Positions 21,201 through 31,230 of a stretch of DNA of 64,000 nucleotides are shown in pieces. The notes below the pieces were generated by a model. It was not told the DNA's origin and made no database searches. It worked only from the letters and a program-made list of their open reading frames with translations. Made by a program: the position numbers and the translations under genes. Numbering within the stretch: position 1 is the stretch's first letter; each line of letters opens with the position of its first letter. The stretch is from a virus (taxonomy: Duplodnaviria > Caudoviricetes), in IMG/VR virus record IMGVR_UViG_3300017764_000001, one strand, 5' to 3'.

Positions 21201-21398
21201 ATGGAACAACTAAATAATCCAACTATTAAATTTTATTCTGTGGAACATTGGGAAAAAAACTGGGAAGAAATGATTAGTAGAGTCGAGAACGGAGAACATA
21301 TAGGAATAGAGAATGAGAATGGAAATAAGGCAGTAATGATACCGGCAGATGATGAACTCATACGAATACATACTGAGTTAAACAACGACGCTCAATAG
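21201..21398 (+). CDS. Phd/YefM-like (antitoxin-fold) small protein
   Basis: WEEMISRVENGEHIGIENENGNKAVMIP aligns by eye with the Phd/YefM pattern L.EL.DRVE.GE.V.IT..G...AVL.P. Confidence 0.55.
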   Translation: MEQLNNPTIKFYSVEHWEKNWEEMISRVENGEHIGIENENGNKAVMIPADDELIRIHTELNNDAQ

Positions 21399-21407
21399 TT
21401 CATCATC

Positions 21408-21479
21408 GGGAATGTCGCCTAAAGGTAAAGGCCCTCTGCTTATAACGGAGTGATTTGGGTTCAAGTCCCAACATTCCTA
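21408..21479 (+). tRNA. trnI: tRNA-Ile(TAT)
   Basis: Acceptor GGGAATG/CATTCCT, anticodon arm CTCTG-CTTATAA-CGGAG, T arm TTGGG-TTCAAGT-CCCAA; no encoded CCA. Confidence 0.9.
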
Positions 21480-21482
21480 TTT

Positions 21483-21555
21483 GCTTCCTTAGCAATCTGG
21501 TGAATGCAGCAAACTCATAATTTGCCTAAGGAGAGTTCGATCCTCTCAGGAAGCA
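21483..21555 (+). tRNA. trnM: tRNA with CAT anticodon (elongator Met or Ile2; not initiator-type)
   Basis: Acceptor GCTTCCT/AGGAAGC, anticodon arm GCAAA-CTCATAA-TTTGC, T arm GAGAG-TTCGATC-CTCTC; lacks the three G-C pairs of initiator tRNA. Confidence 0.85.
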
Positions 21556-21614
21556 CCTTAAGTTGGTATTCATAGGTAAATGCTTTTATTAGTATTCATT
21601 GACTAATACCCTAC

Positions 21615-21699
21615 GCGAGTATGGTGGAATCGGTAGACACACCAGACTTAAAATCTGTTGACCATCAAGGTCGTGGGAGTTCAAGTCTCCCTACTCGCA
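21615..21699 (+). tRNA. trnL: tRNA-Leu(TAA)
   Basis: Acceptor GCGAGTA/TACTCGC, D loop GGAATCGGTAGAC, anticodon loop CTTAAAA, long variable arm, T arm GGGAG-TTCAAGT-CTCCC. Confidence 0.92.
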
Positions 21700-21753
21700 C
21701 TACTTTTAACCTAACTAAATAAAATATAGAAATAGTATAGAAGCAGTAATACA

Positions 21754-24700
21754 ATGCCTCTGAATAAGTTAGAGAACTTTCTTAAGAATGCAGAAGGTCG
21801 TATACTATATGTTAGTCCGGCAGATCTTGACTCTACTGACAGCATATTAAACCAGGGTAATTCCCAAACCAAACCGTTTAAAACTCTGCAGAGAGCACTA
21901 ATTGAAGCTGCGAGATTTTCCTATAATGTTGGAAGAAATAACGATACTACAGAAAAAACCACAATTCTTCTCATGCCTGGTGAGCATGAGATTGATAATC
22001 GTCCGGGACACACAATACAAGACGATGGAAGTGGTGCATTTGTATTAAAAACACCTGATGGAAGCACTGTAGGAGATAGTACTTTAAACCTTGAATTAGA
22101 GAGCAATTTTGACTTAGCTCAAGAAGGTAATATTCTTCATAAATTCAATAGTGTGCATGGTGGGGTTATTGTCCCTAGAGGAACTTCTATTGTCGGTCTA
22201 GACTTAAGAAAGACAAAGATAAGACCTAAATATGTTCCTAACCCAACCGACGATACTGTACCATATTCTGCTCTTTTCAGAATAACAGGTGCTTGCTATT
22301 TCTGGCAGTTTAGTATTTTTGATGGAGATGAATTAGGAAAGGTATACACTGATGACAAAAATTTTGATAATGTAATAAATCAGGTACAACCAACCTTCTC
22401 TCACCACAAACTTACTTGCTTTGAATATGCTGATGGTGTAAATGATGTTGGATCATCAGGTCTTACAGACCTTGATATGTATTATTATAAACTGTCTCGT
22501 GCATATAATGCGGCATCCAATAGAAATATTCAAGAAAAATTTTTACAGGATGGGGAAGGAACTGGATTGGATGGTTTTGCGAAACAGAGACCGGAATGGG
22601 AAATTGTTGGTGCATTTGCAAATGATCCTATAGTAATTACAAGAATACAATCTGGATCTCTTCCGGGTGTTCCCACCAATCAAATAACAGTTACTACTCA
22701 AGGAGCACATAACTTATCTGTAGGAACTCCAATTAAGATTAAGGGAGTAGGTAGATCAGAATATAATATTTCAACAAAGGTAGCATCAACTGATCCAGTT
22801 CGTAATGATAAATTTACTTATACACTGCCTGATTTTCCTCTTGATCTTGAAACAGAACCTGCTGTTGATGGTGCCTTAATAACTATCGAAACTGATACGG
22901 TTTCTGGTGCCTCACCATATATTTTTAATATCTCCTTACGATCTGTATGGGGTATGAATGGAATGCACGCTGATGGTTCTAAAGCATCAGGTTTCCGTTC
23001 AATGGTTGTGGCACAATTTACCGGTGTCTCACTCCAAAAAGATGATAGAGCTTTTGTAAAATATAATATTAGTTCTAGAAAATATGAAGGTCTTAATCAA
23101 GATACAGTAAAAGGAACGACACTTGCTTTAGAATCTTCATCTACAAATACTGCTCAGATTTATCATTTAGATTCGGATGCAATTTATAGAAATGATTGGC
23201 AGACTATTCATGTTAAGATAACAAATGATGCAATCTTACAGATTGTTTCTGTGTTTGCTATTGGATATGCAAAACATTTTGAAGCTAAAAGTGGTGGTGA
23301 CGCATCAATTACAAACTCCAACTCCAACTTTGGTCAGTTAGCATTAGTTTCTGATGGATTTAGAAAAGATGCATTTAAGAAAGATGACAATGCATTTATA
23401 ACTCATATTATTACACCAAAAGCAATTACAACTGTCGAAGAAGATGTTGAGTGGGTACAACTTAGTGCTACTACTGATGCTAATACTAATAGATTATATC
23501 TATTTGGATATGATTCAGTAAATATCAAACCACCCTCTCTCACACAAGGATTTAGAGTTGGTGCAAGAAATACTGATAAGTTATATGTGAGTATTAATGA
23601 TGTGGTTTATAAAGCTGACATTAAAATGTCTAATGCCGCAGCATCAAGTGCAAGGAGATCTGTCAATATATCTACGGTTGAAGGAAATACCGGTATTTTT
23701 GAATCCTCTTCAGATCATGGTTTTACGACAGGAGAAAAGGTTATTATTATCGCTGATGATGGTGATTTACCCGAAAAAATTCTTGAACACAAAGTTTACT
23801 TTGTCATATCTGGAGGAACTTTAACAACTACTCAACTTCAATTAGCATTATCAAAATCTGATGCCGATAATGCTGTTGCGATAAAGAATACTTATATTTC
23901 AGATGCAACCAAACTTAAAGTCATAAGTAGAGTAACAGATAAAGAATCTGGAGATGTAGGACATCCAGTTCAATATGATACCACTAACGGATGGTATATT
24001 ACAACCAATTCTAATTCTGATATTCGTTCTCAAATAGTATTAGGTAATGTCAGCACAAAGACTGAGATATCATTCTTTAAGAGAATTGCTGATACTAGAA
24101 GTTTAGATGATAAAATATTCAAGACAAGAGTATCAATCCCAAAAGAAGTTCAAAATGGAAAGAATATCCAAAATGGATTTATTCTTCAAGAATCTTCTCA
24201 GACTGGTGTAAGAACTGATGGTGATTTAACCCTTAATAGAACTTTAACTGCATCTGATTTTGCATTTAGTAGAAATCAGAGATTTATTAGTAGTTGTACT
24301 TTTAACAATGGAAATGGAAAAATTACGGTAGTATCAGAACGTCCTCACAATTTACAAACTAATGATTTAGTTAAAATTGATGCAATAAGACATTCTGCAA
24401 ATACTGAAGGAACTTCTGAAAAAGGTTATAATGTGGAGGCAAGTGTCACTGTTGTTGACAACATGACATTTACGTATAATGCACCAATAACAATAAGCAC
24501 ACAACCAACTAATGATTTTATACTTGATAAAACAACTGTCAGTTCTGCATCATCATTACCTAGATTTACAAGAAAAGATTTAAGATCAAATCTTTATTTC
24601 TTCAGAAATGATATAATTTCAGAATATGATGAAGGTGTAGAAACTGGTGTATATCATGGATATCAATTATTTTCAGATTTTGCTATTCCAGAAGAATTTA

Positions 24701-27700
24701 CTAATAACAAATATAGTCAGACAGTTGTTGATTTGTATCCACAATTAGATCGTGACAACACAAATGATACTCCCACTTCTGCAAAATCATTTGCTCTTAG
24801 AGCACCTTTAGGAAAAGTTGTAACCAATGATCTCCAGAAGAGTATTACAAAAGAATCTGTTGATGAATTACTCGTTAAATTTGGATCTGCAATAAAAATA
24901 TCTTCAGAAACTGGTGGAGTTATAACACTTGAAAGGAATCATAACCTTTGTGGTATTGCACATGGAGTATTACATAGTAATAACTCTGGAATGAATAATG
25001 GAACATATGAAAACGTAAAAATATTTGAAGGACCGGTTGATTCAGGTATTTGGAACGGATCTCTAGGAAAAGTCACTGTTACTGGTGGAGAAATAACTGC
25101 CTATGAAATTACAAATCCAGGTTCGGGATTTGTGGCAGGTCAATATGGACATTGGGATTATAGACTCATTGGTGGTTCAGATGGTGCCGCTAAATTAGGA
25201 ACTAGTGACAGTGCGGCACTTGCAAATAAAAATTTAACATCTTCACCAGATAATCTTGTCATACAAGTCACTGGTTCTGGCATCACGACCGATGCATATT
25301 TTAGAACTACTAATGTACTCCAACCCAACACAATTAGTATTGCAAAAACCGCAGGTGATCCTGATATTACTTCAGATCAATATGTTTTTGTTGTCGGACG
25401 TGCCGTAAAATCTCAGTTAACAAATGTTGGAACCGGTTATAATTTTGATGATTATGATAGTATTCCTCACGGGTTAAAAGTAGGAAATAGATTCCAATAT
25501 AATGATGAAAATAATAATAAAGTAGGAACATTTATTGTTACTGATTTTGGTAGTGCAAGCAATCCCACTGCTCAATTATCCTCTCTTAAGGCAAAGTTAG
25601 AATCTTCAGAAGATGTTGGTGCTCTTTATCAGAATGGGCATATTCTAAAGCACGGACTATCTGCAAATGATGCCGATTCCGGAAAAGATGATGAAAATCT
25701 TGATGTAAGAGGAGTTCCACTTCATGGTCTCGAAAATGCTAAACTTACCTCAACTCCTGTTGCCACCAGCACAACAATAAGTTTAGGTTCTCTAGTTACA
25801 GGTGCTCAACACGGTATGGGAGTCAGATTCCCACAAGGAAGTTATATTCAAATTGATGATGAAATATTAAGAATTGCATCTTCCACTAAATCAGTAACCG
25901 GTGATGTGTTGAACAATGTTACCGTTATTCGTGGTGTATTTGGAACACAAGCGACATCACATTTACCAAGTTCCTTGGTTACAAAATTAAGTCCAATACC
26001 ATTAGAACTGCACAGATATTCAATTCTTCGTGCATCTGGACATACATTTGAATATCTTGGATATGGTCCTGGTAACTATTCTACGGCACTTCCACAAGTT
26101 CAGGTCAGAACACTCACAGAACGAGAAGAATTCCTGTCACAGGCACAAGAATTATCGGCAGGATCGGTTGTTTATACTGGTATGAATGATAAGGGTGATT
26201 TCTATATTGGTAATCAGAAGAAGTCTGCACTTACTGGTGAAGAAACCACTTTTGATAATCCAGTTCCTACTGTTGCCGGTGAAGATCCTTCACGATTAAG
26301 TGTCGTATTTGATGAGGTTACTGTCAAAGAAAGACTTGTAGTTGAGGGTGGAAAATCTAACAATATTCTGTCACAGTTTGATGGACCAGTAACCTTTAGT
26401 TCAGATGTTAGACATAAAGGAAAAGTTAAGATAAAAGATGATACGACACTTGAAAATGGTGGAGCACTTTTTGTAGAAGGTGGAGTTGATTTTGATAATG
26501 ATTTAAACGTCGGTAATGATTTAACTGTAGGTGACGATATAACTGTTGATGATAATTTATATGTTAAGGGTAACACCACTCTAGGAGATGCCAATACTGA
26601 TACCATAACATTAAATGCAGAATTTGATTCATCTTTGATTCCTGCCGGTAGTAATAAAAATATTGGTTCTGATGCAGATCAATGGAATGATATTTACATC
26701 GATGGAACTGCATACATTGATACTCTTCGTGTTGAAGAGAACAATGATAATACTCTTGGAGATGTAAATACAGGTTCTGCCCAATTTGATGGTGGTGTCG
26801 GTATTGCTAAGAAATTAACGGTCGGAATGGCTGTTACTTCCAATGACTTAATTTATGCAACTGAAGGATTCAGACTTCCACAGGATAAAAATGTTGGACT
26901 GGGATCTGAGCATAAATTTAAAATATTTGAAAATACAGACGGTAATGGTACTATAAAACATGAAGGAGATTCTGGAAATCTTGGTATCACGCTAAAGGCT
27001 GGAAATACAATTAGTTTTGGTTCAAATGGTTCATCAGATGCTGCAGAATTTACAGCCGGAGCAGATTGTAAACTTAAGCATGATGGTAATACTAAACTTC
27101 AAACTGTAACGGATGGTGTTACGGTTACCGGCACACTTACTGCAGATGATATAACTGTTGATAGTGTTACTATCGATGACAGTACTGTTACGGCAACGAA
27201 TTTTTCTGGTACGGCAACACGAGCAAATAAACCAAGAATAACAGGAGCAAATACAGCTCTTGATACTGATGTTGCTATTATTTGTTTAAACGAAACTCCA
27301 GAAAATGCCACTGCAGATCCTGGAACTTATCAAGATCTAAAGGCTACTGCTGGACTAAGATTTAATCTTGCAGAAAGTCAGTTAAAGATTAATGGAGACA
27401 TAATCGCATTTGCATCTGATGAACGATTAAAAACTAACATTTCTCCAATTACCGAGGCACTATCAAAAGTTAAATCTATTGATGGATTTACATATAACTT
27501 TAATGATACTGCAAAAGAATTGGGATTTGACACTGAAGTAGATTATGCAGGTGTTTCTGCACAGAAAGTTCAAAAAGTTCTGCCAGAAGTTGTTCGTCCC
27601 GCACCATCAGGTGATGATTATATCACTGTTCAATATGAGAAACTTGTTCCTCTCTTAATTGAGGCAATCAAGGAACTCAGTGATAAGGTTGATGACCTGG

Positions 27701-27723
27701 AACAAAAATTATCAGATAAATAA
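21754..27723 (+). CDS. Large virion structural / tail fibre protein with C-terminal S74 chaperone
   Basis: 1989 aa; MPLNKLENF..GRILYV..PFKTLQRALIEAARFSY; C-terminal SDERLKTNISPI..YEKLVPLLIEAIKEL. Confidence 0.8.
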   Translation: MPLNKLENFLKNAEGRILYVSPADLDSTDSILNQGNSQTKPFKTLQRALIEAARFSYNVGRNNDTTEKTTILLMPGEHEIDNRPGHTIQDDGSGAFVLKTPDGSTVGDSTLNLELESNFDLAQEGNILHKFNSVHGGVIVPRGTSIVGLDLRKTKIRPKYVPNPTDDTVPYSALFRITGACYFWQFSIFDGDELGKVYTDDKNFDNVINQVQPTFSHHKLTCFEYADGVNDVGSSGLTDLDMYYYKLSRAYNAASNRNIQEKFLQDGEGTGLDGFAKQRPEWEIVGAFANDPIVITRIQSGSLPGVPTNQITVTTQGAHNLSVGTPIKIKGVGRSEYNISTKVASTDPVRNDKFTYTLPDFPLDLETEPAVDGALITIETDTVSGASPYIFNISLRSVWGMNGMHADGSKASGFRSMVVAQFTGVSLQKDDRAFVKYNISSRKYEGLNQDTVKGTTLALESSSTNTAQIYHLDSDAIYRNDWQTIHVKITNDAILQIVSVFAIGYAKHFEAKSGGDASITNSNSNFGQLALVSDGFRKDAFKKDDNAFITHIITPKAITTVEEDVEWVQLSATTDANTNRLYLFGYDSVNIKPPSLTQGFRVGARNTDKLYVSINDVVYKADIKMSNAAASSARRSVNISTVEGNTGIFESSSDHGFTTGEKVIIIADDGDLPEKILEHKVYFVISGGTLTTTQLQLALSKSDADNAVAIKNTYISDATKLKVISRVTDKESGDVGHPVQYDTTNGWYITTNSNSDIRSQIVLGNVSTKTEISFFKRIADTRSLDDKIFKTRVSIPKEVQNGKNIQNGFILQESSQTGVRTDGDLTLNRTLTASDFAFSRNQRFISSCTFNNGNGKITVVSERPHNLQTNDLVKIDAIRHSANTEGTSEKGYNVEASVTVVDNMTFTYNAPITISTQPTNDFILDKTTVSSASSLPRFTRKDLRSNLYFFRNDIISEYDEGVETGVYHGYQLFSDFAIPEEFTNNKYSQTVVDLYPQLDRDNTNDTPTSAKSFALRAPLGKVVTNDLQKSITKESVDELLVKFGSAIKISSETGGVITLERNHNLCGIAHGVLHSNNSGMNNGTYENVKIFEGPVDSGIWNGSLGKVTVTGGEITAYEITNPGSGFVAGQYGHWDYRLIGGSDGAAKLGTSDSAALANKNLTSSPDNLVIQVTGSGITTDAYFRTTNVLQPNTISIAKTAGDPDITSDQYVFVVGRAVKSQLTNVGTGYNFDDYDSIPHGLKVGNRFQYNDENNNKVGTFIVTDFGSASNPTAQLSSLKAKLESSEDVGALYQNGHILKHGLSANDADSGKDDENLDVRGVPLHGLENAKLTSTPVATSTTISLGSLVTGAQHGMGVRFPQGSYIQIDDEILRIASSTKSVTGDVLNNVTVIRGVFGTQATSHLPSSLVTKLSPIPLELHRYSILRASGHTFEYLGYGPGNYSTALPQVQVRTLTEREEFLSQAQELSAGSVVYTGMNDKGDFYIGNQKKSALTGEETTFDNPVPTVAGEDPSRLSVVFDEVTVKERLVVEGGKSNNILSQFDGPVTFSSDVRHKGKVKIKDDTTLENGGALFVEGGVDFDNDLNVGNDLTVGDDITVDDNLYVKGNTTLGDANTDTITLNAEFDSSLIPAGSNKNIGSDADQWNDIYIDGTAYIDTLRVEENNDNTLGDVNTGSAQFDGGVGIAKKLTVGMAVTSNDLIYATEGFRLPQDKNVGLGSEHKFKIFENTDGNGTIKHEGDSGNLGITLKAGNTISFGSNGSSDAAEFTAGADCKLKHDGNTKLQTVTDGVTVTGTLTADDITVDSVTIDDSTVTATNFSGTATRANKPRITGANTALDTDVAIICLNETPENATADPGTYQDLKATAGLRFNLAESQLKINGDIIAFASDERLKTNISPITEALSKVKSIDGFTYNFNDTAKELGFDTEVDYAGVSAQKVQKVLPEVVRPAPSGDDYITVQYEKLVPLLIEAIKELSDKVDDLEQKLSDK

Positions 27724-27736
27724 CTAAAAAGGCATA

Positions 27737-30067
27737 ATGGCAAATTATATAAAGTCATTTAATTTTAGGAATGGGGTACAGGTTGACAATGATAATTTCA
27801 TTGTCAATGCTGTCGGCCGAGTTGGAATTGGCACAACTGTTCCAGAAAAACTCCTTGATGTAAGAGGAAATGCCAAGGTTGTAGGACATATTACCGCAAC
27901 GGATGCAAGTGTAAGTGGAATTGTAACGGTAGGAAGTATTACTATAAATGGAAGTACCGGAACGATTAGTGCTACAACTTTTTCCGGTTCTGCCGGAAAT
28001 TTTGGTGATCAGGCAGTTGTTGCCATTGCAACTGATGGATTTATTGATGTTCCTACTGGATTAACAACAACTTCTAACATAGGTATTGGAACGACTTCAA
28101 CTGATTTTCAATTACAGGTAGGAAGTAATCCGGTAACTTCTATTGGATTTGGTGTCACGAGTGGTAGTGTAACAGCAAGTGCAAATCTAAAAATAAGTGG
28201 TATTTCTACACTTGGTGTTACGACAGTAACTGATTTAACCGGGCAACAACTGAATGTATCTGGTATTTCTACACTTGGTGTTACGACAGTAACTGATTTA
28301 ACCGCACAACAACTGAATGTTTCTGGTGTTACTACCGTAACTGATTTAACCGGACAACAACTGAATGTGTCTGGTGTCTCTACATTTAGTAATAGTATTC
28401 TTATTGGAACTGGTGCAACTGTTGGATTTGGTAGTACGGCATTTTTTGGAGATAATGCAAGGGCAATCTTTGGTGCCGGTGAAGACTTACAGATTTATCA
28501 TGATGGTAGTAATAGTTATATTGATGATGCTGGCACGGGAAATCTTACTCTGAATGGTAATCATGTCGTCATTCAGAGCAATAATAACACTGAAACAATT
28601 GCAGAGTTTAGTAGTAATGGATCAGTAGAACTTTATTACGACAACTCCAAGAAATTTGAAACCACCAATGAAGGTGTATTGGTTTCTGGTGGAGCAACAA
28701 CAGGCAGTTTGAGTGTGTCTGGTGTCTCCACATTTAGTGATAATATTCTTATTGGAACTGGTGCAACTGTTGGATTTGGTAGTACCGCATACTTTAAAGA
28801 TGATGCAAAGGTAATCTTTGGTACTGGTGAAGACTTACAGATTTATCACAATGGTAGTAATAATTTTATTGATAGTGATAATACTGCTCTCTATGTTCTC
28901 TCAGATTTATTGGTTATTAATGATGGTGCTAGTAGTGAGAGCATGGCAACATTTGCCAAAGATGGAGCAGTCACACTTTATTATGATAATTCCAAGAAGT
29001 TTGAAACCAGAAGTAATGGTATTACTGTAACTGGCATAGGATCTTTTGACTCTATTGGTATCGGAACGTCGGCACCATCTACAGATTTGCAAATTAGAAA
29101 GGCATCTGGTAATGCCACACTAGAAGTCATTTCTGATACCGCAAAGGCATCTATTAGTATTGGAAATAGTGTCGGTGCCGGAAATAGTAGTGCATCGATA
29201 AATTATGGATCCACCAGTGGATTTGGCGTCTTTAGCACAAATCAATCACTTGATATCATTAATCGTGATGCCGGTAATGTCAATTTCTCTTTAGGAAATA
29301 ATACGACAAATGAAAAAGCGTTCCATTGGCATCGTGACGTAGGTAATGAACAATTAATGTCTCTGACAAAACAGGGATATCTTGGCATTGGTGTTACAAA
29401 TCCGACACATGTATTACATGTTGCTGGCATTTCTACGTTTACTGGTGCCGCATATTTTGAAGATAATGTGACAATCGATGGAACACTTTCATTCGGTAGT
29501 GGTGCCACATTAACTGCAACATTTAAAGGTGACGTACAAGATACTTCAAGTAATGTCATTCTTGATGTATCACAACCATTATTAAATGCAAATGTTAATA
29601 CAGCATCAGGTATTTCTACATTCAATAGAGTTTCTGCCGGATCTACAATAAAAACTACTAATTTAGTTGTGGGTGGTGGTGATGCTAATCGTACAATTAG
29701 TGGTCATGTCATAACAGTTAATGGAGAAACATCAAGATTTTTTGTATCCGAAACTGGGGTAATAGGAATATCTACAAACGTAGACCTTGATGATTATGCT
29801 GATGTTGGGGTATTTTCACCAAGTAAAATTGGAGTTTTTGGTGGTGTTGGTGTCGGAACCACGGCAGTAAGATGTGCTGTTGATCTTGCAGATGCTGGGA
29901 CTGTTGGTGTCGGAACAACACAACCATATTTCTTACCACCAAAAGTATCTACTGCCACTAGAAATGGTATTGGGGCAACTATAACTGGTGCCACAATTTA
30001 TAATATAACATTAAATAAATTACAAGTATATACAGGTTCTGCCTGGGAAACCGTTACAAGTAGTTAA
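27737..30067 (+). CDS. Tail fibre-like protein
   Basis: VGIGTT, GISTF and LQIYHDG fibre modules; internal repeats. Confidence 0.7.
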   Translation: MANYIKSFNFRNGVQVDNDNFIVNAVGRVGIGTTVPEKLLDVRGNAKVVGHITATDASVSGIVTVGSITINGSTGTISATTFSGSAGNFGDQAVVAIATDGFIDVPTGLTTTSNIGIGTTSTDFQLQVGSNPVTSIGFGVTSGSVTASANLKISGISTLGVTTVTDLTGQQLNVSGISTLGVTTVTDLTAQQLNVSGVTTVTDLTGQQLNVSGVSTFSNSILIGTGATVGFGSTAFFGDNARAIFGAGEDLQIYHDGSNSYIDDAGTGNLTLNGNHVVIQSNNNTETIAEFSSNGSVELYYDNSKKFETTNEGVLVSGGATTGSLSVSGVSTFSDNILIGTGATVGFGSTAYFKDDAKVIFGTGEDLQIYHNGSNNFIDSDNTALYVLSDLLVINDGASSESMATFAKDGAVTLYYDNSKKFETRSNGITVTGIGSFDSIGIGTSAPSTDLQIRKASGNATLEVISDTAKASISIGNSVGAGNSSASINYGSTSGFGVFSTNQSLDIINRDAGNVNFSLGNNTTNEKAFHWHRDVGNEQLMSLTKQGYLGIGVTNPTHVLHVAGISTFTGAAYFEDNVTIDGTLSFGSGATLTATFKGDVQDTSSNVILDVSQPLLNANVNTASGISTFNRVSAGSTIKTTNLVVGGGDANRTISGHVITVNGETSRFFVSETGVIGISTNVDLDDYADVGVFSPSKIGVFGGVGVGTTAVRCAVDLADAGTVGVGTTQPYFLPPKVSTATRNGIGATITGATIYNITLNKLQVYTGSAWETVTSS
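28198..28371 (+). repeat. Tandem 63-nt in-frame repeat (2 full copies + one 48-nt copy)
   Basis: Encodes GISTLGVTTVTDLTGQQLNVS; a further duplicated module starts at 28367 and 28715 (period 348 nt). Confidence 0.9.
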
Positions 30068-30069
30068 TT

Positions 30070-31227
30070 ATGCCACTACCATCATCTCCGGATCCAATTA
30101 GTGCATCTCAAATAAAAAATGAGTTTGGAACTAATGGTTCTCCACTAATACGTATTGGTCAATATAGAGATGCCACCACACATGGTGGAAAACAATGGCC
30201 ATTTGATGTAGATATTCCCATTGGGACTGGTTCTAATGACACTACAACCACCATAAAGTTTAGTGATTTTCGTGGAAAACAATTAAATACTATTACTGTT
30301 ATTGATGGTAGCACTGAGAATCGTATTATTGCCGCAACTGAAGATAAAGCAGTCGTTGGTGGTTTAAAAAGTTCAACGAGTAAAAGTGTTCGTGCCCAAG
30401 CTAGAAATATTATTTACATTGTCAATAAAACTATTGGATCCACAAAGGGTGATAGGAATAAATGTGCATTAAGAACTGGTGATTCAAGTGCCTGGTTTGG
30501 AGGAAATAATTCTTCCTCTGCCAAAGTAAATATTGAACTTGGTGAGGGAGCAAAAATATATGGTGCAGGTGGTGATGGAGGAGATGGTAAAAAACACGAT
30601 TCTAATGGTGAACCTGGTGAAAATGGAACCAGTGCATTGGGAATACAAGTTGCCACTGAAAGTATAGTTGTTCGTTCCGGTGCAATCATCGTAGCCGGTG
30701 GTGGTGGTGGTGCCGGAGGTGGTGGAGGTAAAGAAACTTCACAAACAGAAGCCCGACGAGCTGGTGGTGGAGGAGGCGGTGGTGGTGCCGGTGTTCCTGC
30801 TGGTCAAGGTGGGCAAGGATTTAATTATAATGATCCTGATAAACCAGAAAAAAAGAACGGTGAAAATGGTACAAGTGGAGACACCGATAGTGCTGGTAGG
30901 GGTGGTAATGGTGGAAATAGTGGTGACGATGAATGTCGTGGAGGTGGAGGTGGAGGTGGATCTAATTTGAATGGAACTGACGGACAAGGTGGAGAAGGTG
31001 GAAAACCGGGAGGTGCCGAAGATGGTGCTGATGGAACTGAGTCTGGAGGAGGAAATGGTGGAGAAGGAGATGCACGGCAGAGTGGGGAAGGCGTTGAGAC
31101 ATCTGAGGGTGGAACTGGTGGTCCTTCTGGCTATGCAATTACATCATCAGGAAATCTTACAATTAATGTGACTGTTGGTTCCAGTAGAGTTGAGGGAACT
31201 CAACAACAAAATGGAGGAGTAAGTTAA
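30070..31227 (+). CDS. Glycine-rich tail tip / adhesin-like protein
   Basis: MPLPSSPDPIS..IKNEFG N-terminus; IYGAGGDGG, IVAGGGGGAGGGGG poly-Gly runs. Confidence 0.55.
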   Translation: MPLPSSPDPISASQIKNEFGTNGSPLIRIGQYRDATTHGGKQWPFDVDIPIGTGSNDTTTTIKFSDFRGKQLNTITVIDGSTENRIIAATEDKAVVGGLKSSTSKSVRAQARNIIYIVNKTIGSTKGDRNKCALRTGDSSAWFGGNNSSSAKVNIELGEGAKIYGAGGDGGDGKKHDSNGEPGENGTSALGIQVATESIVVRSGAIIVAGGGGGAGGGGGKETSQTEARRAGGGGGGGGAGVPAGQGGQGFNYNDPDKPEKKNGENGTSGDTDSAGRGGNGGNSGDDECRGGGGGGGSNLNGTDGQGGEGGKPGGAEDGADGTESGGGNGGEGDARQSGEGVETSEGGTGGPSGYAITSSGNLTINVTVGSSRVEGTQQQNGGVS

Positions 31228-31230
31228 AAC

